Part shown: positions 41,203 to 50,552 of the stretch, piece after piece
Numbering within the stretch: the stretch's first letter is position 1
How the letters are laid out: each line of letters begins with the position of its first letter
Assembly (NCBI GenBank): GCA_050246475.1
Contig: JBFWVZ010000006.1
Span: forward strand, 83,803-147,802
DNA from: Hyphomonadaceae bacterium
Lineage (GTDB): Bacteria > Pseudomonadota > Alphaproteobacteria > Caulobacterales > Aquidulcibacteraceae
DNA length: 64,000 nucleotides
Direction of reading: 5' to 3'
Made by a program: the position numbers and the translations under genes
Notes under the pieces: model-generated
Databases searched by the model: none
What the model saw: only the letters and a program-made list of their open reading frames with translations
Told to the model about the DNA's origin: nothing

Positions 41203-42135
41203 CTAGAACGGCACCGGGCTCGCGAGCGGTTCGCCCGCGAAGAAGCGCCGCAGATTTTCCGCCACCATCCGCCCGGACGCAATGATCGAATCCCGCGTGC
41301 CGCCCGCAATGTGCGGCGTGAGCGTCACGTTCGGCACATCCGCCCAGCGTTCGCCCGGCGTCGGCTCTTCCTCGAACACGTCGAGCCCCGCGCCATAAAG
41401 CGCACGCGCCTTCAACGCTGTTATCAGCGCGTCCTCATCCACGACAGAGCCGCGCGAGACGTTGACGAGAATGCCCTCCGCGCCCAGCGCGTCGATCACA
41501 CGTGCATCGATGAGCTTCTCGGTTGAGGCGTCCGCACGAACGGCGACAGCAAGAATATCCGCCCACGCCGCGAGCGCCATCAAGTCGCTCTCGAACGAAT
41601 AGGGCGCCTCCGCCTTCGCCCGCGGCCCGGTGTAGCGGATCTCCAAACCAAAGGCGGCAGCGCGCACAGCGATCGCTTGCCCGATCGCGCCCATCCCGAC
41701 GATGCCGAGCTTGCGTCCTTTCAAGGAGCGCGGCCACACCAGGCCTTCGCGCCATTTTCCCGCGCGCGTCAGCGCATCGCCTTTGGCGATGTCGCGCGCC
41801 ACCGAGATAAGCAAGCCCATCGCCACGTCCGCGACATCCTCGTGATTGATCGCCGGGCAATTCGTCAGCGCGATCCCGCGCGCCTTGAGCGCCGCGAGAT
41901 CGACGCCGTCATAGCCGGCGCCAAACGCCGCGATGAGCTCCAGATGGCTTGCCGCGTCGAACACATCGCGCGGCAAGCCATGCGAGCCGATCACCACCGC
42001 CGCCCGCGCGCGCGGCGCTTCGGTCCTCAGAAAGTCCGCGCGCGACGCATCGTCGGGCGGAGAAACCACTTCATAATCCCCGAGCATCCGCTCAAGGCCC
42101 GCCATGCGCGGATGAGAAAGGACGACCGGCTTCAA
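41203..42135 (-). CDS. D-isomer-specific 2-hydroxyacid dehydrogenase (glyoxylate/hydroxypyruvate reductase-like)
   Basis: NAD motif [14 protein letters not shown]; catalytic region [10 protein letters not shown]...TPHIAG. Overlaps the carA stop by 4 nt. Confidence 0.85.
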   Translation of the reverse strand: MKPVVLSHPRMAGLERMLGDYEVVSPPDDASRADFLRTEAPRARAAVVIGSHGLPRDVFDAASHLELIAAFGAGYDGVDLAALKARGIALTNCPAINHEDVADVAMGLLISVARDIAKGDALTRAGKWREGLVWPRSLKGRKLGIVGMGAIGQAIAVRAAAFGLEIRYTGPRAKAEAPYSFESDLMALAAWADILAVAVRADASTEKLIDARVIDALGAEGILVNVSRGSVVDEDALITALKARALYGAGLDVFEEEPTPGERWADVPNVTLTPHIAGGTRDSIIASGRMVAENLRRFFAGEPLASPVPF

Positions 42136-43331
42136 GCCTTCTTCTTCCGCTTCGCCATCGCGTCCGCGAAGCGCTCGAAAAGATAGTGGCTGTCCTGCGG
42201 GCCGGGCGAGGCCTCCGGATGATACTGCACGGAGAAGACGGGCTTGCCCTCAACCTCAATTCCGCAATTCGATCCGTCGAACAGCGAAACGTGCGTCTCC
42301 TTCACGCCTTTGGGCAGCGTGTCGCGATCGATCGCAAAGCCGTGGTTCATCGAGACGATTTCGACCTTGCCGGTCGCGTTGTCTTTGACGGGATGGTTCG
42401 CGCCATGATGGCCCTGCGCCATCTTCGTGGTCTTGGCGCCAAGCGCCAAGCCAAGCATCTGGTGCCCGAGGCATACGCCCATCACCGGCGTCCCGCTCTC
42501 CACGAGCTTCTTGATCTCCGGCGCCGCATAAACGCCCGTCGCCGCCGGATCGCCAGGCCCGTTCGAAAGCAGCACGCCATCCGGCTTGTGCTTCAAAGCA
42601 TCTTCCGCCGTCGCATTCGCCGGAAGCACGATCGCTTCCGCGCCCACGTCCCCGAGCGCCCGCAGGATGTTCCGCTTCACGCCATAGTCGAACACGACGA
42701 CTTTGAATTTCGGGTTGTTGATCTCTTCAACGCCCGCCGGCCAACGCCAACGCCCCTCGCGCACGACATAGCTTTGCGTGCAGCTCACATCCTTCGCGAG
42801 ATCGAGCCCTTCAAGCCCACCCCACGCGGCCGCTTCCGCATGCAGCGCATCAATGTCGAGATTGCCTTTCGGATCGTGCGCGACGACGCCGTTGGGCATC
42901 CCATGTTCGCGGATGCGCCGCGTCAGCGCGCGCGTATCGATGCCCGCGAGCGCCACGACGTTGCGCTTCTTGAGCCACGCATCGAGCGGTTCGGCCGCGC
43001 GCCAGTTCGAGGGATCGGTCGGCGTCGCGCGGAAGATCGCGCCCCGCGCCGCGACGCTCGCGGCCGGCGAACTCGTTTCGACGTCTTCCGGATTGGCGCC
43101 GACATTGCCGATGTGCGGGAACGTGAACGCGATGATCTGCGCGGCGTAGGAGGGGTCCGTCAGGATCTCCTGATAGCCCGTCATCGCCGTGTTGAAGCAC
43201 ACTTCCCCGACGGCGCTTCCCTCCGCGCCGATCCCCGCGCCCAGAAAAACGGTCCCGTCCGCCAGCACCAACGCGCCGGTCGCGGCCTTCGCGGCTCCAT
43301 TCGTCTTCCGCGCGCCGCTTCTGGCCGCCAT
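42132..43331 (-). CDS. carA: Carbamoyl-phosphate synthase small (glutaminase) subunit
   Basis: [25 protein letters not shown] and glutaminase nucleophile [14 protein letters not shown] 43331 preferred, because the track's TTG 43385 would place the upstream terminator inside the gene. Confidence 0.95.
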   Translation of the reverse strand: MAARSGARKTNGAAKAATGALVLADGTVFLGAGIGAEGSAVGEVCFNTAMTGYQEILTDPSYAAQIIAFTFPHIGNVGANPEDVETSSPAASVAARGAIFRATPTDPSNWRAAEPLDAWLKKRNVVALAGIDTRALTRRIREHGMPNGVVAHDPKGNLDIDALHAEAAAWGGLEGLDLAKDVSCTQSYVVREGRWRWPAGVEEINNPKFKVVVFDYGVKRNILRALGDVGAEAIVLPANATAEDALKHKPDGVLLSNGPGDPAATGVYAAPEIKKLVESGTPVMGVCLGHQMLGLALGAKTTKMAQGHHGANHPVKDNATGKVEIVSMNHGFAIDRDTLPKGVKETHVSLFDGSNCGIEVEGKPVFSVQYHPEASPGPQDSHYLFERFADAMAKRKKKA

Positions 43332-43395
43332 ACCGCTCTCCGGACAAACGGACGCGGAGATAGGTCGCGTCGCCCCCGATGTCAAAGAAAGGAAA

Positions 43396-43420
43396 GGGGC
43401 GGGCCGTTCTGGCCCGCCCC
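43396..43420 (-). terminator. Intrinsic terminator of the autotransporter gene
   Basis: GGGGCGGGCC-GTTCT-GGCCCGCCCC (10-bp perfect stem), followed on the minus strand by UUUCCUUUCUUU. Confidence 0.6.
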
Positions 43421-43448
43421 TCGAGTTCTTCAGGAGAATCCCGCCTCT

Positions 43449-46400
43449 TTAGAAGCGGTGGTTGAAGTTGAGCTGCAGCGATTGCGTCGAATAATCGTCG
43501 CGATCGAGCTCCGTCGACGCTTCGAGCGACAGCGATGTGTTAGGCCCGAACATGTAGGAGAGGCCGCCCGCGGCTGAGTACCATTCGCGGTCGAGCTCTT
43601 GGCTCATGCTGAAGCCGATCTCCGGCGCCGCGGCGAAGCGTGCGTAGAGATAGTCGCTGCCGTCGCCGATTTCGTTGACCGCCGCGAAGCGGCCATAAGC
43701 AGCGAACGGGCTCGCCCGGCCGTTGCGGATCGGCTGGTACGAGAATTCGAGCGCACTTTCGACGGTCATCGAGGTAAGCGAGCGCTCATCGACCAGCAGG
43801 TCAAAATCGCCGCCGCCGGATTCACGGTAGCCGTCGAAATTGAGATGCGAGTAGTTGAGCGTGATCGTCGGCGAGAGCGTCAGCCCGTTCATTGGGCGGA
43901 ACGTGTAGCCGCCGCGGATGCCCGCGAGAGACTGCACCGCCCCTTGTGTGGACTCGACTTGCTGCAGAGGTCCGCCGGTGAGCAGCGAACGGTTCATCAG
44001 ATAGTCCTGCTGCGCCACGCCGGCATAGGCGTCGGCGAACCAGCCGCCGTGCCACGCCGACGCGTAGGCCATCGCACCGTAGCCGGTGTGATCGAGCGGA
44101 GTCGCGTTCTCGTCACGGACGAGATAGCGCGAAACCGTGCTCGCCACGCCGATCGCGAAATGATCGCTGATGCGATAATCCGCGCCGATCGTCATTGAGG
44201 CCGTGCTCGCTTGCGAGAGCGACGCCGGGTTGAACCGGTCCCCTTGATAAGCCTCTTGGCCGACATCGTTGAGATCGCCTTGGCCCGCGAAGAAAAAGCC
44301 CAGCCGGTCGCCGGTGTCGACACGGCGTGGGCCGTCCTCGCGATAAGAGGCGCTCCACGGGTTGTCTTCTTCCTCGACCGTGCCGCTCAGCATCCGGTAG
44401 CCCGAGAGCAGGCTCCGCTCGCTGATGCCGCGCTGGCCCGCCCGCAATTCGGCCGTGCGTGCAAAAAGATCGCGCGTGAAGCCTTGCGAGTACGAGATCG
44501 CCAGCGGCATTTCGCTGAACACATGCGTCGGCGTCAGCGTCGGCAGGACAAAACCGAGCGTGTCGATCGGCACATTGTCGATCAGATCGAACACGCCCGC
44601 GACGGAACTGTAGTGGCCGTCGAACCGGAGCGAGTCGAGCGCCAGCGCGAGCGAACTCCATTGGCTCCCGTGGAAGAAGTCCCAAACTCTGCGCGCCGAA
44701 ATGCGCAGATCGATCGAGTCCGCATCGGCGATTGTTTCGCCGAAGAGCAGCGTTCCCGAGCCGAGCGTGCGGTCGAAATTGCCGCTGATGCTGTCGGCGT
44801 GGACGACCGTGAAGCGGTCGCCGTAACGCAGCCGCCGGCTTGAATCGACGAGCAGATTGCCCCGCATATCGACATGGCCTTCCACTTCCAGAAGGTCGGT
44901 CGAGTGCCGCCCGATCTGGAAGAGGACGGTGCCGAGGCCGCTCTGCGCATAATCGCCGACGATCGTCAGCGTGCCGATGTCATTGCCGCCGGGCGAGACG
45001 ACCCCAGCCGTGTTCGCGACCCCCGTCATTGCGCGGATGGTTCCCTCGCCAGAGAGGATGCCGAACAGGATGTCGAACCCGAGCGTGTTAAACTCGCCGT
45101 CCACATTGAGCCTGCCCACATCCATGTAGGAGGTGAGGTTGGTTGTCAGCGACGCGTTCGAACGGATGTCCAGCCGCGAGCCGACGCCGCGGATGTTCAG
45201 CCGGTCGATCTCGATGTCGGCGTTGCGCAACGTGAGCGTGCCTGCATTGCGCAGGTTGACTTCGAAATAGCGCGTCGAGTTTTGCAGGCCCGGCGTGCCG
45301 TCGGTGTTGTCAGGCACGAAGTTCGTCGTGCCGGGCCCGGTGAGCGCGCCCGTGCCGACTTGCAGCAAGCCGCCCGTCAGCCAGTCCGCAGTATCTGGCG
45401 GCGGGGGCGGCGGCGGATTGTGGCGCCGTCCCTGTTCTTCGTGCAGAGGCGCTGGCATCGCTGCGGCAGCGGGCGCCGGTTCGGAATTGCCTTCGCCCGG
45501 CACGCACGTGCCAGTCCACGCGCACTCCGCGATCGGGACGGGGTTCGGATTGATCGTTCCGATGTTGTCGGTCGCATCGCTTGAGCCGAGCGCTGGGTCG
45601 TTCGGCAGTCTGTTGCGCAGATCGCCGTGCGAGTTGAGCACATAATAGAGCGGATCGATTTCCTGCACCCACGTGGTCGGATCGGTCCATTCGCGGTTGC
45701 CGCTCCGCGCCTGCACATACTTGTAGGGATTGTTGACGACGATTTGATCCCAGAACAGGAACAGCGGATTCCACCCACCGACGGTCCCGAAGTCAGAGAA
45801 ATTCGGGAAGAACACGAAATTGTCGTCCGGGAAGTTGACGACGTCGTGAAAGAACCGCGACCCCTGGCTCAGCACGCCGAGCGAAACTTCGCGGCCATAC
45901 GCGTCTGTGATGAGCGGCGAGCCGGAATCGCCTGCCGCAGTAATCGCCTCGTTCGCCGTCGGCTCGTCCGGGAAGACGTTGAAATCGAACGTCGTCGTCA
46001 CCCCCGGGTTAGTCGTAAGCAGATCTGCATCGAACGGCCGATTCTGCGGATCGTCGAAATCGATCCAGTAGAGATCCTGATAACTGAAGCCGGGTGGATT
46101 GAAGAGATCCGCGATGTTTTGCGGTTCTGTGCCGTTGTAGAGATCGCGCTCGCTGCCCAGGAAGCCAAGCATGTTGGTGGCGACGCGGCGGAAGAACGTC
46201 TCTTCGACGAGCGAGAGGCGGAACCCTGTGAGACCGTCGCCCGCTTGGCCGTAGCCGCCGATTGTCACCGGCACGAGCCGATCGACCGGTGAGAAGAGAA
46301 GGCCGATGCCGTTCTCGGCGTCGCGGCCAAGCAATTCTGTCGGCGTGTCGAACGCCGCGATCGCAATATCGGCCGGCAGGAAGGCGAACGAATTCGGATC

Positions 46401-46910
46401 CCACAGCGGGCCGAACCGCGAGCGCGGATCGTACCAAACCATGGTCGACTCGACCATCGTGCGCCCGTCTCCTGGCGGTACGGCTGCGCCGACGCCGTCG
46501 GCGACGCGATACTGGAAGAGCCAATTGCGAAGATTGTCACGTCCGAGAAGCGGGTCGGTCGTGTAGCCGACGGAGGCACGGTCTCCCGGTCCGTTGTTGC
46601 CGTCATATTGATCGGGGTTGAGCCCATCGACGCAGTGCGCGGCGAAGAGCACGGTGCGCGGATTGATCAGCAAACCGCTGCAGCTGCCGCCTGTTGCGCC
46701 GGTTTCGCTGCGAATGCCGATGCCGACAAGGTAGGGCCGCGTGTTGTCCTCATCGACAACCTCTGACGGCGGAACGTCGTCGGGCGTGACGACAGCGTGC
46801 GCGCTGCCGCTGAACGCGATCCCTGTGAGGCCGAACAAAAGCGCAAACTTGATCGCCGCGCTTGTAAGCAAGCTATTGCGGCGAACGTTCTTCCCTTTAG
46901 CCATAACCAA
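43449..46910 (-). CDS. Autotransporter with a trypsin-like (S1/PA clan) serine protease passenger
   Basis: Signal peptide; His LFAAHCVDG, Asp ADIAIAAFD, Ser AGDSGSPLI; junction motif GNDIGTLTIVGDY. The C-terminal beta-barrel ends ...LQLNFNHRF (terminal aromatic residue). Confidence 0.8.
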   Translation of the reverse strand: MVMAKGKNVRRNSLLTSAAIKFALLFGLTGIAFSGSAHAVVTPDDVPPSEVVDEDNTRPYLVGIGIRSETGATGGSCSGLLINPRTVLFAAHCVDGLNPDQYDGNNGPGDRASVGYTTDPLLGRDNLRNWLFQYRVADGVGAAVPPGDGRTMVESTMVWYDPRSRFGPLWDPNSFAFLPADIAIAAFDTPTELLGRDAENGIGLLFSPVDRLVPVTIGGYGQAGDGLTGFRLSLVEETFFRRVATNMLGFLGSERDLYNGTEPQNIADLFNPPGFSYQDLYWIDFDDPQNRPFDADLLTTNPGVTTTFDFNVFPDEPTANEAITAAGDSGSPLITDAYGREVSLGVLSQGSRFFHDVVNFPDDNFVFFPNFSDFGTVGGWNPLFLFWDQIVVNNPYKYVQARSGNREWTDPTTWVQEIDPLYYVLNSHGDLRNRLPNDPALGSSDATDNIGTINPNPVPIAECAWTGTCVPGEGNSEPAPAAAAMPAPLHEEQGRRHNPPPPPPPDTADWLTGGLLQVGTGALTGPGTTNFVPDNTDGTPGLQNSTRYFEVNLRNAGTLTLRNADIEIDRLNIRGVGSRLDIRSNASLTTNLTSYMDVGRLNVDGEFNTLGFDILFGILSGEGTIRAMTGVANTAGVVSPGGNDIGTLTIVGDYAQSGLGTVLFQIGRHSTDLLEVEGHVDMRGNLLVDSSRRLRYGDRFTVVHADSISGNFDRTLGSGTLLFGETIADADSIDLRISARRVWDFFHGSQWSSLALALDSLRFDGHYSSVAGVFDLIDNVPIDTLGFVLPTLTPTHVFSEMPLAISYSQGFTRDLFARTAELRAGQRGISERSLLSGYRMLSGTVEEEDNPWSASYREDGPRRVDTGDRLGFFFAGQGDLNDVGQEAYQGDRFNPASLSQASTASMTIGADYRISDHFAIGVASTVSRYLVRDENATPLDHTGYGAMAYASAWHGGWFADAYAGVAQQDYLMNRSLLTGGPLQQVESTQGAVQSLAGIRGGYTFRPMNGLTLSPTITLNYSHLNFDGYRESGGGDFDLLVDERSLTSMTVESALEFSYQPIRNGRASPFAAYGRFAAVNEIGDGSDYLYARFAAAPEIGFSMSQELDREWYSAAGGLSYMFGPNTSLSLEASTELDRDDYSTQSLQLNFNHRF

Positions 46911-47043
46911 ACCCCTCGCTTGTGACAGGCGTCCTGTCAGCGGGGTGGTTCGCCGGAAAGCCGTTCTCGAGTTCCCTCGGGCGGCCTTCTAGCCCACCTC
47001 TCCTCGGACGCTTGAAGCCACGCTAGGCCCGTATCGCCCCGTT

Positions 47044-47078
47044 AACAATATGGCGCTCCCGCCACATTGTTGTTTTTT
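47044..47078 (+). terminator. Orphan intrinsic-terminator-like hairpin in a divergent intergenic region
   Basis: AACAATATGGCG-CTCC-CGCCACATTGTT (12 bp, one A-C mismatch), then G + T6. No plus-strand gene lies upstream. Confidence 0.45.
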
Positions 47079-47230
47079 CGTCGTGCCTCTTGGTTGAACC
47101 GTCGCGCGCTTATCGCGCGTGCGGTGAATCGCAGCCGCCGCCGCATCGTCGCCCCAAACATGAAGCGGAAGAAAGGCTGGCGGTTTTGCACGTCCTCCCG
47201 GCTTGGTAGGGTCGCCGCTCTTGCGAGGAG

Positions 47231-49408
47231 TTGAAAATGGGTGGGGCCCGCTTCTGGGCGGCGCTGGTCTTTTGTGTGGGCGCGGCCGCGTGCGGCGCTC
47301 GCGAGACCGCGCGCGTCGAAGCGGAGGGACCCCTTATTCCGCGTTCGGAGCTTTTCGCCGATGCGCCGCGCGCGCGCCCCGCGTTGAATCCGCAGGGCGA
47401 CCGCCTGGCGTTTTTGGCGCCGCGGGCGCCTGGTGGTCCGCTTGCCGTCTTCGTGGCCGATCCCGCGGCACTGGGGGCGGCGCGGCTCGTCGCGGGCGCT
47501 GAAGGGCCGGTCGCGGACTTCGCGTGGGCCGCGGGCGGTCGCCACATTCTCTACACCCTCGACATTGCGGGGCGTCGCGGCCTGCGCGCCGCAATGGTCG
47601 AAGGTGAGCCGCAAGCGCGAACGCTGACGCCGGAGAGCGCCGGCGCCGAGATTGTCGCCATGAGCCCGGCGGAGCCGAACATCGTTCTCGTCGCGGTCAG
47701 TGACAGAGAGGCCGGCTGGCCCGATCTCCATCGTATCGACATCGCGACCGGTGAGAGCACGCGTCTGGATCGCAACACGCGCCGCATCGTTCGTTATATC
47801 GCGGATCGCCAGAACGAACTGCGTCTGGGCCTGGCCGCGCGCGCCGACGGCGGCATCGATGTGCTGGTGCGCGAGCGTGGCGCGTGGCGCGCGCAGCCGC
47901 TTTTCTCGGTCGCCTACGAGGATGCGCCCTTCCTCTCGATCGTGTCGTTCGGCGCCGACGGGCGCAGCTTCCTGATGCTGGATTCGACCAATCGCCAACA
48001 CGCCGGGCTCTTCCGTGTCGATGCCGAGACGGGTGAGCGCACGCTGGTCGCCGGCAGCGAGCGCGCCGACGTCGTGAGCGTCTGGCTTCACCCCTTGACG
48101 CGCGCGCCCGAGGCGTTCGTGACCGAATATCTGCGCCGCGAATGGCGCGCGCTGGAGCCCGCCGCACAGGCCGATCTCGATTTCTTTGCGGCGCAGGGCG
48201 TAGGCGATCTGCGTGTTCTCGATCGCACGCGGGAGGATCGCCGCTGGTTGGTGGTCGCCGAAAGTCCCGCCGCGCCGCCGCGCTACTTCCTCTATGACCG
48301 ACCGATCGGGCAGGAAGCGCGCGCGCGCGCGTTGACGCCGCTCTTCAGCGAACGCCCCGCATTGGCTGAGCGCACGCTGCAACCGATGGCGCCCGTTGAG
48401 ATCCCCGCGCGCGACGGGCGCACGCTCGTCTCTTACCTCACGCTGCCCAGAGGCGCCGACGCCAACGGCGACAGCCGCCCCGATCGTCCGCTGTCGCTCG
48501 CCGTCATCGTGCATGACGGGCCATGGTCGCGCGCTTCCTACGCGTTCGATGCGATGCATCAATGGCTGGCCAATCGCGGTTACGCAGTGCTGAGCGTGAA
48601 CTATCGCGGCTCGACGGGCTTTGGCCGCGCCTTCGCGGCCGCGGGCGATCGCGAATGGGGCCGCGCCATGCAGAGCGACCTCGTCGATGCCGCGAACTGG
48701 GCCGCCGACCAGCGTATCGCCATCGAAGGACGCATCGCGCTCATCGGGGAGGGCTACGGCGGATACGCCGCACTGATGGGCGTTTCGGATGCGCCGGGAA
48801 TTTTTTCCTGCGCCGTCGCCGCCGCGCCGATCCTCAATCTTGAAGCCTGGCGCCGCCCTGAGGCTTCCCTCGGTCTGCGTGCGGCGCTCGCCGCGCGCGT
48901 CTCCGAGCGGGCGGCCCTTCCGCGCCCTCAATCCATCCGGGGCCTGACGATCATCGCACAGGGGGCGCGCGATCCGCGCTTCCCGCGCGCTGCCGCGGAC
49001 GCCTTCGCTGCGAACCTGCGCACGCGCAACATTCCCTACACGTTGCTTTTCTATCCCGACGAGGGCGCTTCGCTCGCTCGCGGCGCGAACCGCATATCGT
49101 TCTACGCCGCCGCCGAGCAGATGCTGGCCGATCCCCAATGCCTCGGCGGGCCCGCGCAAGGCCTGTCGCGCGAGGACTTCTCTGGATCGAGCGCACAGCT
49201 CATCGCCGGCGGCGCGCGCATCGAAGGGTTGGGACGCTTTGCTCCGCCGCAGCGTGTCGCCGCGCGTCCGCGGGGACGGCCCGTCATGGCGCCGGCGCAG
49301 GCTGATGCGTTGATCGAAGAACAGCAGCGCCAGCGCGATGTGCCTATCGCCACGCGCCGCCCCCAATCGCCGGCACGCGAAACGGCCAAGCCCGCCGACG
49401 CAAACTAA
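47231..49408 (+). CDS. S9 (prolyl oligopeptidase / acylaminoacyl-peptidase) family homolog lacking the catalytic Ser and His
   Basis: Signal peptide, beta-propeller, then an alpha/beta domain (VHDGPW...RGYAVLSVNYRGSTGFG). The nucleophile elbow reads GEGYGG instead of GxSYGG (codon 48752-48754 = Gly). The His motif reads YPDEGAS instead of DEGHG (49067-49069 = Ala). The Asp is kept (QGARDPRF). Confidence 0.8.
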   Translation: MKMGGARFWAALVFCVGAAACGARETARVEAEGPLIPRSELFADAPRARPALNPQGDRLAFLAPRAPGGPLAVFVADPAALGAARLVAGAEGPVADFAWAAGGRHILYTLDIAGRRGLRAAMVEGEPQARTLTPESAGAEIVAMSPAEPNIVLVAVSDREAGWPDLHRIDIATGESTRLDRNTRRIVRYIADRQNELRLGLAARADGGIDVLVRERGAWRAQPLFSVAYEDAPFLSIVSFGADGRSFLMLDSTNRQHAGLFRVDAETGERTLVAGSERADVVSVWLHPLTRAPEAFVTEYLRREWRALEPAAQADLDFFAAQGVGDLRVLDRTREDRRWLVVAESPAAPPRYFLYDRPIGQEARARALTPLFSERPALAERTLQPMAPVEIPARDGRTLVSYLTLPRGADANGDSRPDRPLSLAVIVHDGPWSRASYAFDAMHQWLANRGYAVLSVNYRGSTGFGRAFAAAGDREWGRAMQSDLVDAANWAADQRIAIEGRIALIGEGYGGYAALMGVSDAPGIFSCAVAAAPILNLEAWRRPEASLGLRAALAARVSERAALPRPQSIRGLTIIAQGARDPRFPRAAADAFAANLRTRNIPYTLLFYPDEGASLARGANRISFYAAAEQMLADPQCLGGPAQGLSREDFSGSSAQLIAGGARIEGLGRFAPPQRVAARPRGRPVMAPAQADALIEEQQRQRDVPIATRRPQSPARETAKPADAN

Positions 49409-49902
49409 GGCCGCGTCAGCAAATCGCCGCAGATCGCTTCAAGCCCTTCTTGGTCGGCCGCGTCGAATGCATCGAAGAGCGTTGAGTCCACATCGAGGAC
49501 GCCGGCCAGATTGCCCGCGCGATCGAACACCGGCGTCACAATCTCCGAATTGGAGCGGCTGTCGCACGCAATGTGCCCGGGAAACGCGTGCACGTCCGGC
49601 ACGATGATCGTCCGCCGCTGCGCCGCCGCCGTCCCGCACACGCCCTTGCCGATCGCGATCCGCAAGCACCCGAGCGTGCCTTGATAGGGGCCGACCACCA
49701 GCTCATCCGGCTTCTCCGGATCGACGAGATAAAAGCCCGTCCAGAAGAACCGCTCCGGAAACGCATGCGCCAAAAGCGACGCCGCGCTCGCATAGCGCGC
49801 CGTCACGTTCCGCTCCCCCGCGATCACCGCCGCGATCTCGTTGCGCACCGCCGCGTAGCGTTCGGCCTTGTCGTCCGGCAGATCGAGCGCGCGTTCAGCC
49901 AT
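49405..49902 (-). CDS. GAF-domain free methionine-(R)-sulfoxide reductase-like protein
   Basis: GKGVCGTAAAQRRTIIVPDVHAFPGHIACDSRSNSEIVTPV matches the fRMsr/YebR signature. The ATG overlaps the upstream stop (ATGA). Confidence 0.8.
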   Translation of the reverse strand: MAERALDLPDDKAERYAAVRNEIAAVIAGERNVTARYASAASLLAHAFPERFFWTGFYLVDPEKPDELVVGPYQGTLGCLRIAIGKGVCGTAAAQRRTIIVPDVHAFPGHIACDSRSNSEIVTPVFDRAGNLAGVLDVDSTLFDAFDAADQEGLEAICGDLLTRP

Positions 49903-50552
49903 CACGAAGCTCCTTGCGGGCGCTTGTAGCGCGCAACGGCGCCGGGCGCATCGCCCCGATTGCCTGGCGCCGCCATCGGCGCGCCCGCCGCGAACGAGAA
50001 GGGGATGATCCCCGCCCAGGCATCGCCGGGGAGATCCTCCGGCCCGTCCATATTGATCTTCGCCACGCATTCATCGAGCGGCAGGACGAGCACCTGCACG
50101 GTCGCCAGATAATCCTCATCGACCGGCGGAAGGCTCTCCCACCGCGCCGCGATGATGTGATCGAACACGATCTTCATGAGCCGCCGTTTCTCCGCGGCGC
50201 CGGCCACAGGCTGTGCAGCGCCGTAAACAGTGGCGGAGCGATAGCGGAACGTGTGATCCGGCACGCTGCGCCCGAGCACCAGCCCATCCACCAGCGTCAC
50301 ATTGAACGTGCAGCGCGCGCCTTGCGCCAAGTGCGAAAGCATCCGGTTGGCGCTGGAGCCGTGCAGGATGAGCGCATCGTCCATCCGCGCATGGATCATC
50401 GGCTGCACCTGCGGCTCGCCGTCGATCACCGCAGCGAGTGCGCCGATCAGCGCCTCATCGAAGATCGCGTGGATCTGCGCTTTGGAATAGGTCGCGCGCT
50501 TCTTCTTGCGCACCACGCGCGTGCGCGGGCTCGGTTCGTAAGCATCATCCAT
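49902..50552 (-). CDS. Pyridoxamine 5'-phosphate oxidase-like (flavin-binding split barrel) protein
   Basis: RKKKRATYSKAQIHAIFDEALIGALAAVIDGEPQVQPMIHARMDDALILHGSS pattern of the PNPOx_2 family. Confidence 0.7.
   Translation of the reverse strand: MDDAYEPSPRTRVVRKKKRATYSKAQIHAIFDEALIGALAAVIDGEPQVQPMIHARMDDALILHGSSANRMLSHLAQGARCTFNVTLVDGLVLGRSVPDHTFRYRSATVYGAAQPVAGAAEKRRLMKIVFDHIIAARWESLPPVDEDYLATVQVLVLPLDECVAKINMDGPEDLPGDAWAGIIPFSFAAGAPMAAPGNRGDAPGAVARYKRPQGAS

Noticed and set aside
18954-43331. carA and carB are separated by about 20 kb. I considered this as a rearrangement or an insertion of an island between them.
   Set aside because: As far as I recall, split carA / carB-greA with carA near dnaG-rpoD is the normal arrangement in many alphaproteobacteria. 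The intervening genes are mostly core-like with native composition.
41949-43577. 542-aa plus-strand ORF.
   Set aside because: It is antisense to carA and the 2-hydroxyacid dehydrogenase. It is a shadow ORF.
47042-49366. 774-aa ORF on the minus strand, the longest 'hypothetical' in the track.
   Set aside because: It is entirely antisense to the well-supported S9-like gene. Its product is Arg/Ala/Gly-rich with no motifs. This is a typical shadow ORF of high-GC coding DNA.
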